Origin: an uncultured Planctomycetales bacterium
GTDB taxonomy: Bacteria; Omnitrophota; Gorgyraeia; Zapsychrales; Fredricksoniimonadaceae
Reading direction: 5' to 3'
Assembly (NCBI GenBank): GCA_964572155.1
Contig: CAZNDZ010000003.1
Span: forward strand, 74,224 to 138,223
Length of the DNA: 64,000 bases
The notes below the pieces were generated by a model. It ran no database searches. It was not told the origin of the DNA and worked only from the letters and a program-made list of their open reading frames with translations. Positions 1-10,330 of this stretch are shown piece by piece. A program made the translations under genes and the position numbers. The first letter of the stretch is position 1. Every line of letters begins with the position of its first letter.

Positions 1-81
1 CTTCGTAAATAAAGCACCGCGCTTGGCATCTTCCGCGCCTTTTTTATGTTTAATCTTGGCCCACTTTGAATGTCCTGACAT
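1..81 (-). CDS. YebC/PmpR family DNA-binding transcriptional regulator, N-terminal 27 codons only; the gene continues past the window start
   Basis: Reverse translation from the ATG at 79-81 gives [27 protein letters not shown]. This matches the highly conserved YebC N-terminus (MAGHSKWANIKHRK...). Confidence 0.8.
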   Translation of the reverse strand, partial: MSGHSKWAKIKHKKGAEDAKRGALFTK

Positions 82-122
82 GTGACTAACCTCCGTTTGA
101 TTTACACTTTAAAAATGTTTAA

Positions 123-487
123 AAAGCAGATCAAATAAGCCGAGTTTTGTTCTTCCTGTAACGGAAGGATGGCCATTCGACTAACATTCTCTTCTAGAGA
201 ATATCTTGCAGCCTACCCGTGGATTGTAACGGGGTGGATTCCCCTCTCCACCTATTTGGCATTGCTCCATGCAGAGATTGCTCGTTTCACTTCAGGCTTC
301 GTTTCAAAACTTTCGTTTGGAAACTACGCCTGACATCGTCACTGTAGCTCTAATCCTCCCGGCGTAGTCAAACGCGAAAGCAATTTGACGAAGCCTGGGT
401 CCCGCGTTATCGGGATGCATTATCCTGTGGAGCTCGGACTTTCCTCCCCGACGCCTGCGGCATCAGGGTAGCCATCTTGACCTGCTT
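123..487 (-). ncRNA. rnpB: RNase P RNA, bacterial type A
   Basis: The minus strand carries the universal P4 motif AGGAAAGTCCGAGCTCC (plus-strand complement at about 429-445). Its 3' partner ACAAAACTCGGCTTAT covaries correctly (GAG/CTC). P1 pairs AGCAGGTCAA (5' end, about 478-487) with TTGATCTGCT (3' end, about 125-134). A P2-like GATGGC/GCCATC pairing is present. Length is about 365 nt. Confidence 0.85.
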
Positions 488-875
488 TTTTAATACCTAA
501 TCGTGATAAAGCATCTGCTTCTTTATTTAATTCTCGTCGCACATGCGTTAACGTAAACTTTTTAAATCCCGACTTTAATTTCTTTACTTGATCAAAGAGT
601 ACTTTAATATTTTCATGCTTCACCGCATATTTGCCATTGACCTGACGACACATGAGTTCACTATCAGAATGCACATGCACCACTTCCGCTTTCATCGCGA
701 GCGCTTCTTCTAACGCACAAATCAAGGCTGAATATTCAGCAATATTATTTGTTCCGTGGCCAATCGATTTAGAAACTTCTTTGATCGTGACGCCATCTTG
801 CTTAAAAACCACACCAACCCCAGCAGGTCCGGGATTTCCTGAACAAGCCCCGTCGGTGAAAATATCTAAGATCAT
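420..875 (-). CDS. rnhA: ribonuclease HI
   Basis: 151-aa ORF with DGACSGNPGPAG, NNIAEYSALI and HSDSEL motifs and C-terminal EADALSRLG (compare E. coli DELARAAA), the RNase H fold catalytic residues. The last ~22 codons overlap the 5' part of rnpB. Confidence 0.85.
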   Translation of the reverse strand: MILDIFTDGACSGNPGPAGVGVVFKQDGVTIKEVSKSIGHGTNNIAEYSALICALEEALAMKAEVVHVHSDSELMCRQVNGKYAVKHENIKVLFDQVKKLKSGFKKFTLTHVRRELNKEADALSRLGIKKAGQDGYPDAAGVGEESPSSTG

Positions 876-1602
876 AATTCGTCAGGTAGATACAAGATGC
901 GCGCGCAACTATCACAGCACACCAATTGGTCATACATGCGAATCTGATTTAATAATTGCTCGGTCACATGCATGTTACAACCTGTACAATTGCTGTTCTC
1001 TAATTTAACAATACCAACGCCTTCTTTGTTGCGCATGATGCGTTCATAGCGGCTTAAAATATCTGACTTAACATCAGGGGTTAATCGTTCACGTTGTGAG
1101 GTCTTAACCTTGATCTGATCGTCGGCGATTTTCATCGCAGCTTCGACTTCTGTCTTCTTTGCCAAAAAATCTTTTTCGTACTGCGCCACCTGAGTGCGTT
1201 CTGCTTCAACCGCTTTGCGGGCTGTTTCGATTTCATCAAAACCCATCAAAATCTTTTCTTCAACAATCGACTTATCTGCTTTCAAGTTTTCAATTTCTTG
1301 AAGGCGCGCGGTATATTCTTTATTGGTCTTAAGCAAACCCAACGATGCATCTGCTTTTGAAATGCCATCTTCTTTAGATTTTAAATCGTTATCTAAATCT
1401 TTTTGCTTAACCTGTATGGTCTTTAATTTATCTTCTAAACTCTTTAAGGTAACTTTTTTTGCTTCAAATTCTTGTCTTAAATTCTCAATCTCCGCCGGAC
1501 GTTCCTTTAATACAGTTTTCTGAATAAAAATCTGTTCATCTAAGACTTGGATCTCGATTAACTTGCGAAGCTGATCTTTCAAGGATACGGTAGCGGTCAT
1601 TA
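872..1602 (-). CDS. C4-type zinc-ribbon / coiled-coil protein (COG1579, DUF164 family)
   Basis: Long heptad-rich coiled coil followed by CTGCNMHV...CCDSC zinc-ribbon cysteines. The start is set at the internal ATG (MTATVSLKD), because the longer ORF would run into the tRNA. Stop and start overlap rnhA by 4 nt. Confidence 0.75.
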
Positions 1603-1618
1603 TCTCTTCTTTCTTAAA

Positions 1619-1695
1619 TGGTGGACTCAACAGGACTTGAACCTGTGGCCTTCGCCATGTGAGGGCGACGCTCTAACCAGCTGAGCTATGAGTCC
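1619..1695 (-). tRNA. tRNA-Val (anticodon CAC), CCA encoded
   Basis: Manual cloverleaf: acceptor GGACTCA/TGAGTCC, D-arm GCTC-AGCTGGTTA-GAGC, anticodon stem TCGCC/GGCGA with loop CTCACAT, T-arm ACAGG-TTCAAGT-CCTGT, discriminator A, CCA. 77 nt. Confidence 0.85.
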
Positions 1696-1698
1696 ATA

Positions 1699-1772
<74 letters not shown>

Positions 1773-1805
1773 TAAATAAAGCCTAGTACACTCAAATGAG
1801 GGTAA

Positions 1806-1840
1806 ATCTTAACATAATTTATATAATCTGGGTAGAAAAA
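1806..1840 (-). promoter_or_regulatory. candidate extended -10 promoter (TGTTAAGAT) for the tRNA / COG1579 / rnhA / rnpB array
   Basis: On the minus strand, TG-n-TAAGAT sits about 34 nt upstream of the tRNA 5' end. The -35 region is weak. Confidence 0.25.
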
Positions 1841-1876
1841 ACTTATAGGTGAACCAAATTATGCTAAAATAAATCT

Positions 1877-2257
1877 ATGATTGATGAATCAACCCTTTTA
1901 TGGTTTGGATATTTTTTTCTGCTAGCCTTGGCGTTTACAATAGTCACTTTTATCAGCGCCATCATTCCCATTTATATCCTAGCTAAGAAAACCAACACAC
2001 CTAAAGCATGGTTGGCGTTTATTCCCATTGCCCAATTATATTTATTTTGTAAAATTGGCGGAAAACCTGGATGGTGGATGTTGCTTATGTTTATCCCCAT
2101 CATTCAAATCTTTATCTTCACCTTCACCTGGATGGGTATTGCCCAAGTCAGAAACCGCCCACCTTGGCTTGGCCTCTTTATCTTGGTGCCTGTGGTCAAT
2201 CTTATTTTCCCTTGGTATTTGGCTTTGTCAGACGAGAAAAGTACGTTAACGCCTTAA
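1877..2257 (+). CDS. small polytopic membrane protein, DUF5684-like (KxGKPGWW ... IP motifs)
   Basis: 126-aa hydrophobic ORF with repeated KIGGKPGWWMLLMFIPI-type motifs. It is the only plus-strand gene in the window. A TAAAAT -10-like element lies immediately upstream. Confidence 0.6.
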   Translation: MIDESTLLWFGYFFLLALAFTIVTFISAIIPIYILAKKTNTPKAWLAFIPIAQLYLFCKIGGKPGWWMLLMFIPIIQIFIFTFTWMGIAQVRNRPPWLGLFILVPVVNLIFPWYLALSDEKSTLTP

Positions 2258-2876
2258 TGTCTAGTTGACCTGGCGCTGTAGAATTTTTGAGGAACGTATA
2301 AACCCAACGACTACCAACATCTGGCAAAAGCAAACGCGACAATGGCCCCCACGTGCCAACGCACATGGTCACAATCATTTCTCTTTTGTGTGCAAAAGTA
2401 AAATCAATCAAACGCCAAACATCGCCTTCATTGTTGGCATTAAAAGCAAATTTAATCCCATCCGCTTTAACTAATTTTGCTTTCTTATAAAGCGCTTCAA
2501 TATTTGGCGTTGCTTTAAAATCATGCGCCGAAACAATGACTTTCTTCTTTAATGTGCGGGCGAGTGCAATTGTCTTTGCACACAGTTTCGACGACAATTC
2601 AATATCCACCCAATCCGTCAGCGGCAGCAAACCTTCCAACAATGCCCATTTCTTAACATCACTCATTACTTTCTTAGCACCTTCTTTTTTATCATTACGC
2701 ACGGTGAGTAATAATGGAATATTTAATTTACGGCGAAGTTGAAACTGCTTAGTTGCAAACTTAAGCGATGGATCATCGTAAAGATCTACACGCATTTCTA
2801 AAAGACCAACGCCCAGCTTGGCTATCTGGGCGTTGGTGTCTTTAGGATTGATGACTAATACAATCGTTGCTTGCAT
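2202..2876 (-). CDS. aroD: type I 3-dehydroquinate dehydratase
   Basis: LEMRVDL (E-x-RVD), a catalytic-region Lys and MCVGTWGPLSRLL (matching the AroD ...G..G..SRi motif). 224 aa. Confidence 0.75.
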   Translation of the reverse strand: MQATIVLVINPKDTNAQIAKLGVGLLEMRVDLYDDPSLKFATKQFQLRRKLNIPLLLTVRNDKKEGAKKVMSDVKKWALLEGLLPLTDWVDIELSSKLCAKTIALARTLKKKVIVSAHDFKATPNIEALYKKAKLVKADGIKFAFNANNEGDVWRLIDFTFAHKREMIVTMCVGTWGPLSRLLLPDVGSRWVYTFLKNSTAPGQLDIKALTYFSRLTKPNTKGK

Positions 2877-4477
2877 TAGATAATGACTTCACCTTCTTTA
2901 GCAGCCATATCTAAGAAAGACTTGATGCGACGAGAACGTGTCGGGTGGCGCAGCTTCCTTAAGGCTTTTGATTCAATTTGTCGGACCCGTTCACGGGTGA
3001 CGTTGAATTCAGCGCCGACTTCTTCTAAGGTACGGCTGGTGCCATCGACGATACCGAAACGTAATTCTAAGATCTTGCGTTCGCGGTCATCCAATGTTTG
3101 TAACACAGAACCGATTTCATCTTTGAGCATGGAATGCAATGTCGCATTCGCAGGTGAAACGGCTTTTTTATCTTCGATGAAGTCCCCGAAGTGTGTGTCG
3201 CCTTCATCACCAATCGGTGTTTGTAAGGAGATCGGCACTTGAGAGATCTTTAAGATTTCTTTAACCTTGGTCACCGGCATGCGCATTTCTTTTGCAATTT
3301 CTTGAGCCGAAGGTTCACGGCCATACTCTTGCACAAAAACGCGAGATACACGGATGATTTTATTAATCGTTTCCGTCATATGCACAGGGATACGGATCGT
3401 TCTGGCTTGATCAGCGATGGAACGTGTGATCGCTTGTCGGATCCACCATGTGGCATAGGTTGAGAATTTGTAACCGCGCTTATATTCGAACTTTTCAACG
3501 GCACGGATCAAACCCATATTCCCTTCTTGGATCAAATCCAAGAATGACAAACCACGATTGATGTATTTCTTTGCAATCGAAACAACCAAGCGCAAGTTAG
3601 CTTCGACAAGCAACTTCTTTGCTTTGTTGAAACGAGATTGACGGGTTTTGATTTCTCTTAATTGATTGCGAACACTGGTGTCAGATTCACCAAGCTCTTT
3701 ATGCAAACCGTCTAATTTCTTTTTCAAATCAGCGGCGTTAGCTGGTTTTTTCTTTGCCTTTAATTGACGTTCAATGCGGTCAATTTGTTCGATGATCTCT
3801 TGGATCTTAACCACGATTTCTTCGTTAACCGTCGAGGTCAACTTGAATTCGGCAATGGATTTTGCAGAGATGTCTGAACCAACGCGGGTGTGACGGACAT
3901 GCTCTAAGATCTTAGCTAAGTCTTTAAGCAAACGGCCACGGCGTTCGAGTTCGTCTTTGATAACATCTTCAGCGTTGATATCATCACTTAAAACTTGATT
4001 GATGATTGAAATTGCTTCTTTACGGGCAAAGTATGTCTTAAATAAACTTTCCGCGAATTTGATTTCAGCTTCTTCGATACGTTTTGCTAAACTGATTTCT
4101 TCTTCACGGGTAAGCAGCGGAATAGAACCCATTTGCTTTAAGTACATCTTAACGGGATCGTCTAAAGGAATGAACTTGTCAGAATAGACATCGTCTTCCT
4201 TGCTTTCTTCCCGCATGCGGCGCACTTGCTGCTCACGGCTTTCTTCATTGTTGTTGGATTCTTCCATCATCGAAGACGCATCTTCTTCGGAATCAACAAC
4301 CTTGATTTCCTTACCATCTAAAATATCAAAGACTTGGTCGATATCCTCGGAAGAGTCAATGGCATCAGAAAGTGTTTCGTTGACTTCTTCATACGTCAAG
4401 AAACCCTTCTTCTTACCTAAGGTTACCAACTTATCCAAATCTTCTTGGAATTCTTTTTCTTTTACTGGTTCTTTCAT
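2876..4477 (-). CDS. rpoD: RNA polymerase primary sigma factor
   Basis: Acidic N-terminal region and region 2 [41 protein letters not shown]. Regions 3 and 4 are present. Confidence 0.95.
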   Translation of the reverse strand: MKEPVKEKEFQEDLDKLVTLGKKKGFLTYEEVNETLSDAIDSSEDIDQVFDILDGKEIKVVDSEEDASSMMEESNNNEESREQQVRRMREESKEDDVYSDKFIPLDDPVKMYLKQMGSIPLLTREEEISLAKRIEEAEIKFAESLFKTYFARKEAISIINQVLSDDINAEDVIKDELERRGRLLKDLAKILEHVRHTRVGSDISAKSIAEFKLTSTVNEEIVVKIQEIIEQIDRIERQLKAKKKPANAADLKKKLDGLHKELGESDTSVRNQLREIKTRQSRFNKAKKLLVEANLRLVVSIAKKYINRGLSFLDLIQEGNMGLIRAVEKFEYKRGYKFSTYATWWIRQAITRSIADQARTIRIPVHMTETINKIIRVSRVFVQEYGREPSAQEIAKEMRMPVTKVKEILKISQVPISLQTPIGDEGDTHFGDFIEDKKAVSPANATLHSMLKDEIGSVLQTLDDRERKILELRFGIVDGTSRTLEEVGAEFNVTRERVRQIESKALRKLRHPTRSRRIKSFLDMAAKEGEVII

Positions 4478-4485
4478 GTTTTAAC

Positions 4486-6222
4486 CTACCCTTTGATAAG
4501 CTTGATTAATTGATTGGTTAGATCCAAATCATCACCTAGCTTTACTTGTTGCAATTTCTTTTCTAAACGCCTCTTGCGTAACTTTGTTACACAATCTTTA
4601 AACACTTGAGAACGATCGCCCAACCATGCCGCGTCTTTACTTAAAAGACGCGTGATAAGGTCGATCATGGCTTGGTCTTTTATACGAACGAGCAAGTCAT
4701 TGACGCCCCACTCAGGTTGAGTGTTTGCGATTTCCCAAATTGTTGTGATAAGGCCCTGCATCAAAGGATGGTCAAAATCGGACAACACAAGTTCTTCTTG
4801 TGACTTTTTTGCCCATTGTGGTTCGGACAATAAAATCCCCAGAAAGATTTCATCTTGCATTGTCAACTTTGCGGCTACGACGGGTAAAGCTTCATCCTTA
4901 GACGGTGCTTGCACTTTCACCGTCAGCATTTGCTTGGCTACAGCTTGTTCGTCGAGATTAAGTTCTTGGCTCAATTTTTTCATGAGCTCTGATTTCACGA
5001 CTTCATTGCTGTAGTGTGCAATGGTGGCCAACATGGATTGGCAGATTTCAGCTTTACCTTCGATGGTTGAGGCGTTGTGACGCGATTTAAGCCACGATAA
5101 TTTGAAATCAAACAGTGTAACTGCCTGATTTAGTTTCTCGCCAAAATCTGGCGCTCCGTATAATCGTATGTATGAATCCGGATCTTGGTTTTCCCCAAGC
5201 GTGGCGACACGTACATTCATCCCCTCATCAATGAGTAAATCTAAACTGCGAATCATTGCATTTTGGCCTGCAGGGTCTGTATCAAAGAGCATTGTTACAT
5301 TCGGAGTATAGCGACGGATTAAGCGAATTTGCTGTGGCGTTAAAGCCGTTCCGAGTGATGCCGCTATATTTTCAACTCCGTGGATAAAGGGCATGATCAT
5401 ATCCATGTACCCCTCAACCACTATCACACTATCTAACTTTCCAGCCGCGGTCTTTGTCAGGTTTAAACCGAACATGTGTCGGCCCTTTGTGTAGACCGGC
5501 GTCTCCGGAGAGTTAATATATTTAGCCCCTTCCTCATCTTTTAGTGCACGCGCACCAAAAGCAATCGGTCGAGACGTAATATCAAAAATTGGAAAGATCA
5601 CCCGGTTTCGAAACCGGTCATAAAAACCATCTTTTTTCTCTCGGGCGATGATCAAGCCCGCTTGACTCATGAGCGATTCACTGATGTTTTCGCTCTTTAA
5701 ATATTTGATTAACCCATCCCACGCGTCTGGTGCAAACCCCAACTGAAATTGTTTGACGGTTGTCAGACCAACACCGCGCTTCTTTAAATATTCTCGCGCG
5801 ATGTTCGCGGATGGATCTTTCGACGTCAAAAGCTGGTCATGAAAAAATGCAACAGCTAAACCATTGACGCGATAAATATCTTCACGCAACTGCTTGGATG
5901 GTTCGCTCGCCCCTGTTGTGTCGCTATCCTCGGGGATGGTGATCCCACACTGGTCAGCCAACATGCGCACGGCTTGTGGAAACTCAAGGTGTTCTTGGCG
6001 CATGATAAAACCTACGCTGTTGCCACCTGCACCACATCCAAAACAATGAAAAATCTGTTTATCGGGATTAACGACAAACGATGGTGATTTTTCATGATGA
6101 AACGGACAAAGAGCTTTAAAATTACGTCCTGCTTTTTTTAGCTGGACGTATTTACCGATCGTCGTGACGATATCACTGCGTTCTAAAACTGCACTAATAA
6201 TTTCATTTGGGATTAACCCCAT
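4486..6222 (-). CDS. dnaG: DNA primase
   Basis: Zinc-binding CPFHHEKSPSF...FHCFGCGAGGN, a TOPRIM region (EGYMD) and a C-terminal helicase-interaction domain. It lies immediately upstream of rpoD, the macromolecular-synthesis operon order. Confidence 0.95.
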   Translation of the reverse strand: MGLIPNEIISAVLERSDIVTTIGKYVQLKKAGRNFKALCPFHHEKSPSFVVNPDKQIFHCFGCGAGGNSVGFIMRQEHLEFPQAVRMLADQCGITIPEDSDTTGASEPSKQLREDIYRVNGLAVAFFHDQLLTSKDPSANIAREYLKKRGVGLTTVKQFQLGFAPDAWDGLIKYLKSENISESLMSQAGLIIAREKKDGFYDRFRNRVIFPIFDITSRPIAFGARALKDEEGAKYINSPETPVYTKGRHMFGLNLTKTAAGKLDSVIVVEGYMDMIMPFIHGVENIAASLGTALTPQQIRLIRRYTPNVTMLFDTDPAGQNAMIRSLDLLIDEGMNVRVATLGENQDPDSYIRLYGAPDFGEKLNQAVTLFDFKLSWLKSRHNASTIEGKAEICQSMLATIAHYSNEVVKSELMKKLSQELNLDEQAVAKQMLTVKVQAPSKDEALPVVAAKLTMQDEIFLGILLSEPQWAKKSQEELVLSDFDHPLMQGLITTIWEIANTQPEWGVNDLLVRIKDQAMIDLITRLLSKDAAWLGDRSQVFKDCVTKLRKRRLEKKLQQVKLGDDLDLTNQLIKLIKG

Positions 6223-6784
6223 GACGACTTATCACCGCAAAAACATCTTCATTAAACTGTTGGCCTTCAAAAATTTTACTGATCACACCTTTAAATGTAA
6301 ACGCATACGTGTTGGGTGCTGCCTTCGCCGTGAATCGATACCCATTCGATTGAAATGTTTGATGCAAGATATATGGGTTATGCAGCAACAACAAGGCAAA
6401 AACCGTCAAGCTAGTTAAGAAAATACCTCGTGTTGCCCCCATAAATCCAGCGGCATATTTATCAACGACTTGGTGATTCGCTTCTATTTTAAAGAGCAGT
6501 AAAACACCTTTATACATCAACATAAACGCTATCGTTACAAGCAGCCATAAAACAACAAAGGTCACAAACTCTAAATTCGCTGGCACAATTTTAAATATTT
6601 TACCCAACCACACAGCAATTGGGCTATAAAAGTGCAGGCTTAAAAAGAGCGAAAACAATGTGCCAAAAAACTTGAAACCCTCTGAAACGAAACCACTTTG
6701 GACGCTAACAAAAACTGTTCTGATAAAAAAAAGCACTAATCCAACATCCACCCAATTAATGCTCTTAAAAAATTGTGTCAACAT
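6203..6784 (-). CDS. CvpA family membrane protein (colicin V production protein-like)
   Basis: 193 aa with four TM segments and a composition typical of CvpA. Confidence 0.55.
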   Translation of the reverse strand: MLTQFFKSINWVDVGLVLFFIRTVFVSVQSGFVSEGFKFFGTLFSLFLSLHFYSPIAVWLGKIFKIVPANLEFVTFVVLWLLVTIAFMLMYKGVLLLFKIEANHQVVDKYAAGFMGATRGIFLTSLTVFALLLLHNPYILHQTFQSNGYRFTAKAAPNTYAFTFKGVISKIFEGQQFNEDVFAVISRHGVNPK

Positions 6785-6808
6785 ATTGATTTTATTCGAC
6801 TTAGACCC

Positions 6809-6837
6809 AAGTATAACATGAGGTTATGGGAGTGTCA
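6809..6837 (-). promoter_or_regulatory. near-consensus sigma70 promoter TTGACA-N17-TATACT upstream of the CvpA-like gene
   Basis: The minus strand reads ttgaca ctcccataacctcatgt tatact. The -35 is at 6832-6837 and the -10 at 6809-6814, about 25 nt before the ATG at 6784. Confidence 0.45.
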
Positions 6838-6888
6838 AGGAACCGCTCCCCCGAGAAACAGAAATATAACTTATTAATACTACATAAG

Positions 6889-6912
6889 TTACAACAAAAG
6901 CGCTGCTTGCGC
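6889..6912 (-). terminator. possible weak intrinsic terminator after smc (GCGC-aagca-GCGC followed by TTTTGTTGT)
   Basis: Short GC hairpin plus a U-run on the minus strand within 45 nt of the smc stop. The stem is only 4 bp, so this is weak. Confidence 0.2.
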
Positions 6913-6935
6913 AAGAAATATTTTTTAAGGGCGTA

Positions 6936-9900
6936 TTATATGGTTTCTACTTCAACGGCTGCGGGCTTAACTTCTAAAACCACCGGCGTTGGGGCTGGGG
7001 TTTTTCTGGTAAAATTGACGGAAACAATGCGGGAAATACCACGTTCTGGCATGGTCACACCGTACATGATGTCAGCATTTTCCATGGTTTTCTTATTGTG
7101 AGAAATAACGATGAATTGAGCAATCTTGGCAAACTCTTTGAGTAAATTGGCAAAGCGGCTGACGTTGCTTTCATCGAGCGCAGCATCAATTTCGTCGAGC
7201 ACGCAAAATGGGCTTGGGTTGACTTTAAATACGCCGAAGATAAGCGCGATTGCCGTCATGGTCTTTTCCCCACCAGATAATAGGGAAATGTGCTGAGGCT
7301 TTTTGCCTGGAGGACGTGCCACAATATCAATCCCCGACTCTAAGGCATTTTCTGGGTCGAGCAAGATCAATTGTGCTTCACCACCATTAAACAACATACG
7401 GAAATGGATTTGAAATTCTTCATTCACGCGGGTAAACGTATCAGTAAACATCTGACGGGTGGTGCGATTGATTTTTTGGATCGTTTGCATCAACGATTCA
7501 CGCGCCGTCAATAAATCGCTTTGTTGTTTGGTTAAAAATTCAAAACGGCCTTTTAGTTCATCAAACTCTTCGATGGCAACCAAATTAACCGCGCCATATG
7601 CTTCACAACGCTTCTTTAATGCATCGATCTGAATACCTAATTCTTCGTAATTAACTTCCGGCTGCGACTCTGCCTCGACGGTATTTTCAGGAATGGTCAA
7701 ATCAAATGCCGACGCTTGGCCTTCAATAACTTCGGCAACAGGTGAAGTTTCAGGTGCTGGTAAATTGTCTAAATCAATGCGATAGGCTTGCAATAAACGT
7801 TCTTTGAGAGAACGTTGATGGAATTGAATTTCTTGTGCGCGCATGTCTTGGGAATGACGGCTCGTCTTGGATTGAATGATTTCTTCTTCATAACCTCTGG
7901 CTTGCTGACGCAAAGCACCCATACGAGAAACCATTTCTTGCTTGCGATCGCCTTCTTCATTTAAGGAAACAATCAATTGATCATGCGTGACTTTCAATGT
8001 TTGAATCAATGTATTTAATCGTTCAATATCTTCTAATATTTGCTGTTTCTTCGCCGCTGATTCTTGAATAGAGGCATCAAAACGGCTGATGTCGGCTAGA
8101 TCACGATCTAACCCTTGAACATAGACAGATAAATTTTCTTCTAAACTTTTTTGCTGTTGCACTGCAGCTTGCGCTTCTGATTCTAATTGCACGACCGCCA
8201 TATTTAAGGCTTCACGATCTTTATTTTTTTGAGCAATGGCATCTTGCTTAGTTCTCACATCTTCTTGGCAACGCTTGACTTGACCAGCCACGCCATGCAA
8301 GATTTCATTAAGCTTAGTTTCTTCGACCATAACTGTTGCTAAATCAGATTCAACTTGAGCATGTTCCGTCGATATCAAGTCTAATTCGCCAATGATCTTG
8401 CCTGTTTCAAATTCAATGTCACTTTTTTGTGACTCTAAAACTGATAATTTCTTTTCTAAGTCTTGGATGGTCTTGAGTGTCGCATCAACGGTTTGTTGTT
8501 GTTGAAATAACTGTTGATCCAAGGTTTCTTTATGGGCTATGGCTTGTACGATTTTCTCGCCAACTTGGGTGATGCGCTCGTCCATATGACCTAAATCTAA
8601 ATCGACATATTTTGTTTCGTAAACAATCTCAAATGTGAGCGTTCCTGTTTCATTGGCAGGGATTTCGCGAATTTCTTTGATCTTACCAATGATACCTGTT
8701 TCATTTTCTTTAGGACGCACGGTGCTAATAAAACGACCCTCGACGATTGGATCAGGGCTGTCTTGGTATTGCACTTGCATCTTGGCAATAAATTCTTTTT
8801 GGGAAACTAAAAAGACATTGGTTTTTTCTAAATCATCAATGGCATTATCTGCCGCAGCTTGAGCTAAACGCAAATCTTCCAACAATTGGCGTTGGATGGT
8901 TGAAGTTGCCCAATTTTCTTGGACTTGCAAATCAACGCTTACGATCGCACTGCTGATGGCTTCAAATTTTTGTTGAACTTGGGTTTTCTCGCCAGCAACC
9001 TTGGTATTATCTTGCTGCAAACGGGTGCGTCGGGACAACAGATCCATGTTCTTTTTTAACAAATCCGTCAATTGATTCTTCACCCTGACTTCTTGGGCAT
9101 TTAAACTATATTGTTCTTGAGTATAGGTTTGTATACTTTGATTCGCTTCTTCAATCGCATGCACCAAAACGCCCAATTCATCTTTTTTCTGTTGTAATCG
9201 CATCTTTGCTTCTTCAAGCGTTTGATTAAACGTGCTTAAGACTGTGCGAATCTCTTCGATCTTGCCTTGGCTTTGTTTACAACGTTCCATGGCTGCAACT
9301 TTATCTGCTTCTAATTGCTCACAGGTTGCATCGATGCTGGTCAATCGCTCTTCGTTAAAGGCGATTTGACGGGTATTCATATCAATGTCATTGTCCGTGC
9401 GCATTTGTTTGGCACGCAACACATTGATTTGCTCGTCGATTTCTTCAATTAAAGCCGATTCATGTTCTAGCTGAGCGTTAAGTGCTTGCAATGCTTGCGT
9501 TAACTGCTCATCCTTTGATTCTAATTCTTTGGTGCGTTGCTCAATTAATTCGAGTTCTTTCGCATAGGTGCTCACATGGTATTGCGCCATGATAAGTTCT
9601 AAGCCTTTTAATTGCTCAAACTCTTCTTTATAACGCTGAGCCTTCTTTGCTTGACGCTCAATCGAACCAATCTGACGTTTGACTTCAACAACAATATCAT
9701 TGATGCGCAGTAAATTCTCTTCGGTTTCTTTTAATTTACTCAACGCTTCTTTTTTCTTGGCTTTATATTTGGTGATCCCTGCCGCTTCATCAAAGATTTC
9801 CCGACGATCTTCTGGTTTGGCCGACACAATTAAGTCAACCTTACCTTGCTGGATCATGGAATAGGCTTCGGCGCCAACACCTGTACCTAAAAAAAGTTCA

Positions 9901-10274
9901 ATGATGTCTTTAAGACGGCAAACGTTCTTATTTAAGAGATATTCGCTCTCTCCGGAACGAAATAAACGACGGGTGACCGTCACTTCTTCATGTTCGATCG
10001 GTAAGACTTTGCTTTGATTATCAAAGGAGACGCTAACTTCCGCAAAACCTAAGGCTGGACGTGTGTCGGTGCCGTTAAAGATAACGTCAGTCATCGACGA
10101 ACCACGCAAATCTTTTGCGCTTTGTTCGCCTAATACCCAACGGATCGCATCAAACACATTACTTTTCCCACAACCATTCGGACCGACGATAACAGATGTG
10201 CCGGGTTGGAATTCAAGGACAGTTTTTTCTGCGAAGGATTTAAAGCCGAAAATTTCGAGCCGCTTAAAATACAT
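6936..10274 (-). CDS. smc: chromosome segregation protein SMC
   Basis: Walker A in the N-terminal MYFKRLEIFGFKSF...GPNGCGKSN, long coiled coils, a hinge, C-terminal LSGGEKTMTAIALIF and Walker B DEIDAALD. 1112 aa. Confidence 0.95.
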   Translation of the reverse strand: MYFKRLEIFGFKSFAEKTVLEFQPGTSVIVGPNGCGKSNVFDAIRWVLGEQSAKDLRGSSMTDVIFNGTDTRPALGFAEVSVSFDNQSKVLPIEHEEVTVTRRLFRSGESEYLLNKNVCRLKDIIELFLGTGVGAEAYSMIQQGKVDLIVSAKPEDRREIFDEAAGITKYKAKKKEALSKLKETEENLLRINDIVVEVKRQIGSIERQAKKAQRYKEEFEQLKGLELIMAQYHVSTYAKELELIEQRTKELESKDEQLTQALQALNAQLEHESALIEEIDEQINVLRAKQMRTDNDIDMNTRQIAFNEERLTSIDATCEQLEADKVAAMERCKQSQGKIEEIRTVLSTFNQTLEEAKMRLQQKKDELGVLVHAIEEANQSIQTYTQEQYSLNAQEVRVKNQLTDLLKKNMDLLSRRTRLQQDNTKVAGEKTQVQQKFEAISSAIVSVDLQVQENWATSTIQRQLLEDLRLAQAAADNAIDDLEKTNVFLVSQKEFIAKMQVQYQDSPDPIVEGRFISTVRPKENETGIIGKIKEIREIPANETGTLTFEIVYETKYVDLDLGHMDERITQVGEKIVQAIAHKETLDQQLFQQQQTVDATLKTIQDLEKKLSVLESQKSDIEFETGKIIGELDLISTEHAQVESDLATVMVEETKLNEILHGVAGQVKRCQEDVRTKQDAIAQKNKDREALNMAVVQLESEAQAAVQQQKSLEENLSVYVQGLDRDLADISRFDASIQESAAKKQQILEDIERLNTLIQTLKVTHDQLIVSLNEEGDRKQEMVSRMGALRQQARGYEEEIIQSKTSRHSQDMRAQEIQFHQRSLKERLLQAYRIDLDNLPAPETSPVAEVIEGQASAFDLTIPENTVEAESQPEVNYEELGIQIDALKKRCEAYGAVNLVAIEEFDELKGRFEFLTKQQSDLLTARESLMQTIQKINRTTRQMFTDTFTRVNEEFQIHFRMLFNGGEAQLILLDPENALESGIDIVARPPGKKPQHISLLSGGEKTMTAIALIFGVFKVNPSPFCVLDEIDAALDESNVSRFANLLKEFAKIAQFIVISHNKKTMENADIMYGVTMPERGISRIVSVNFTRKTPAPTPVVLEVKPAAVEVETI

Positions 10275-10330
10275 GCCAATAAGATATCTATAATCAATTC
10301 GCTCGTCAATAAATAAGTTAAAATATTTTC

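Noticed and set aside
420-487. Considered that the rnhA/rnpB overlap means the rnhA ORF call is wrong (pseudogene or frameshift).
   Set aside because: The RNase HI core and catalytic residues are intact up to EADALSRLG and the frame is open through the overlap. Kept as a genuine CDS, with the overlap flagged as a finding rather than a pseudogene.
6906-6926. Perfect palindrome CTTGCGCAAG followed by TTTTTT on the plus strand, resembling an intrinsic terminator.
   Set aside because: There is no plus-strand gene upstream for it to terminate. Only the weaker minus-strand reading (after smc) is listed, at low confidence.
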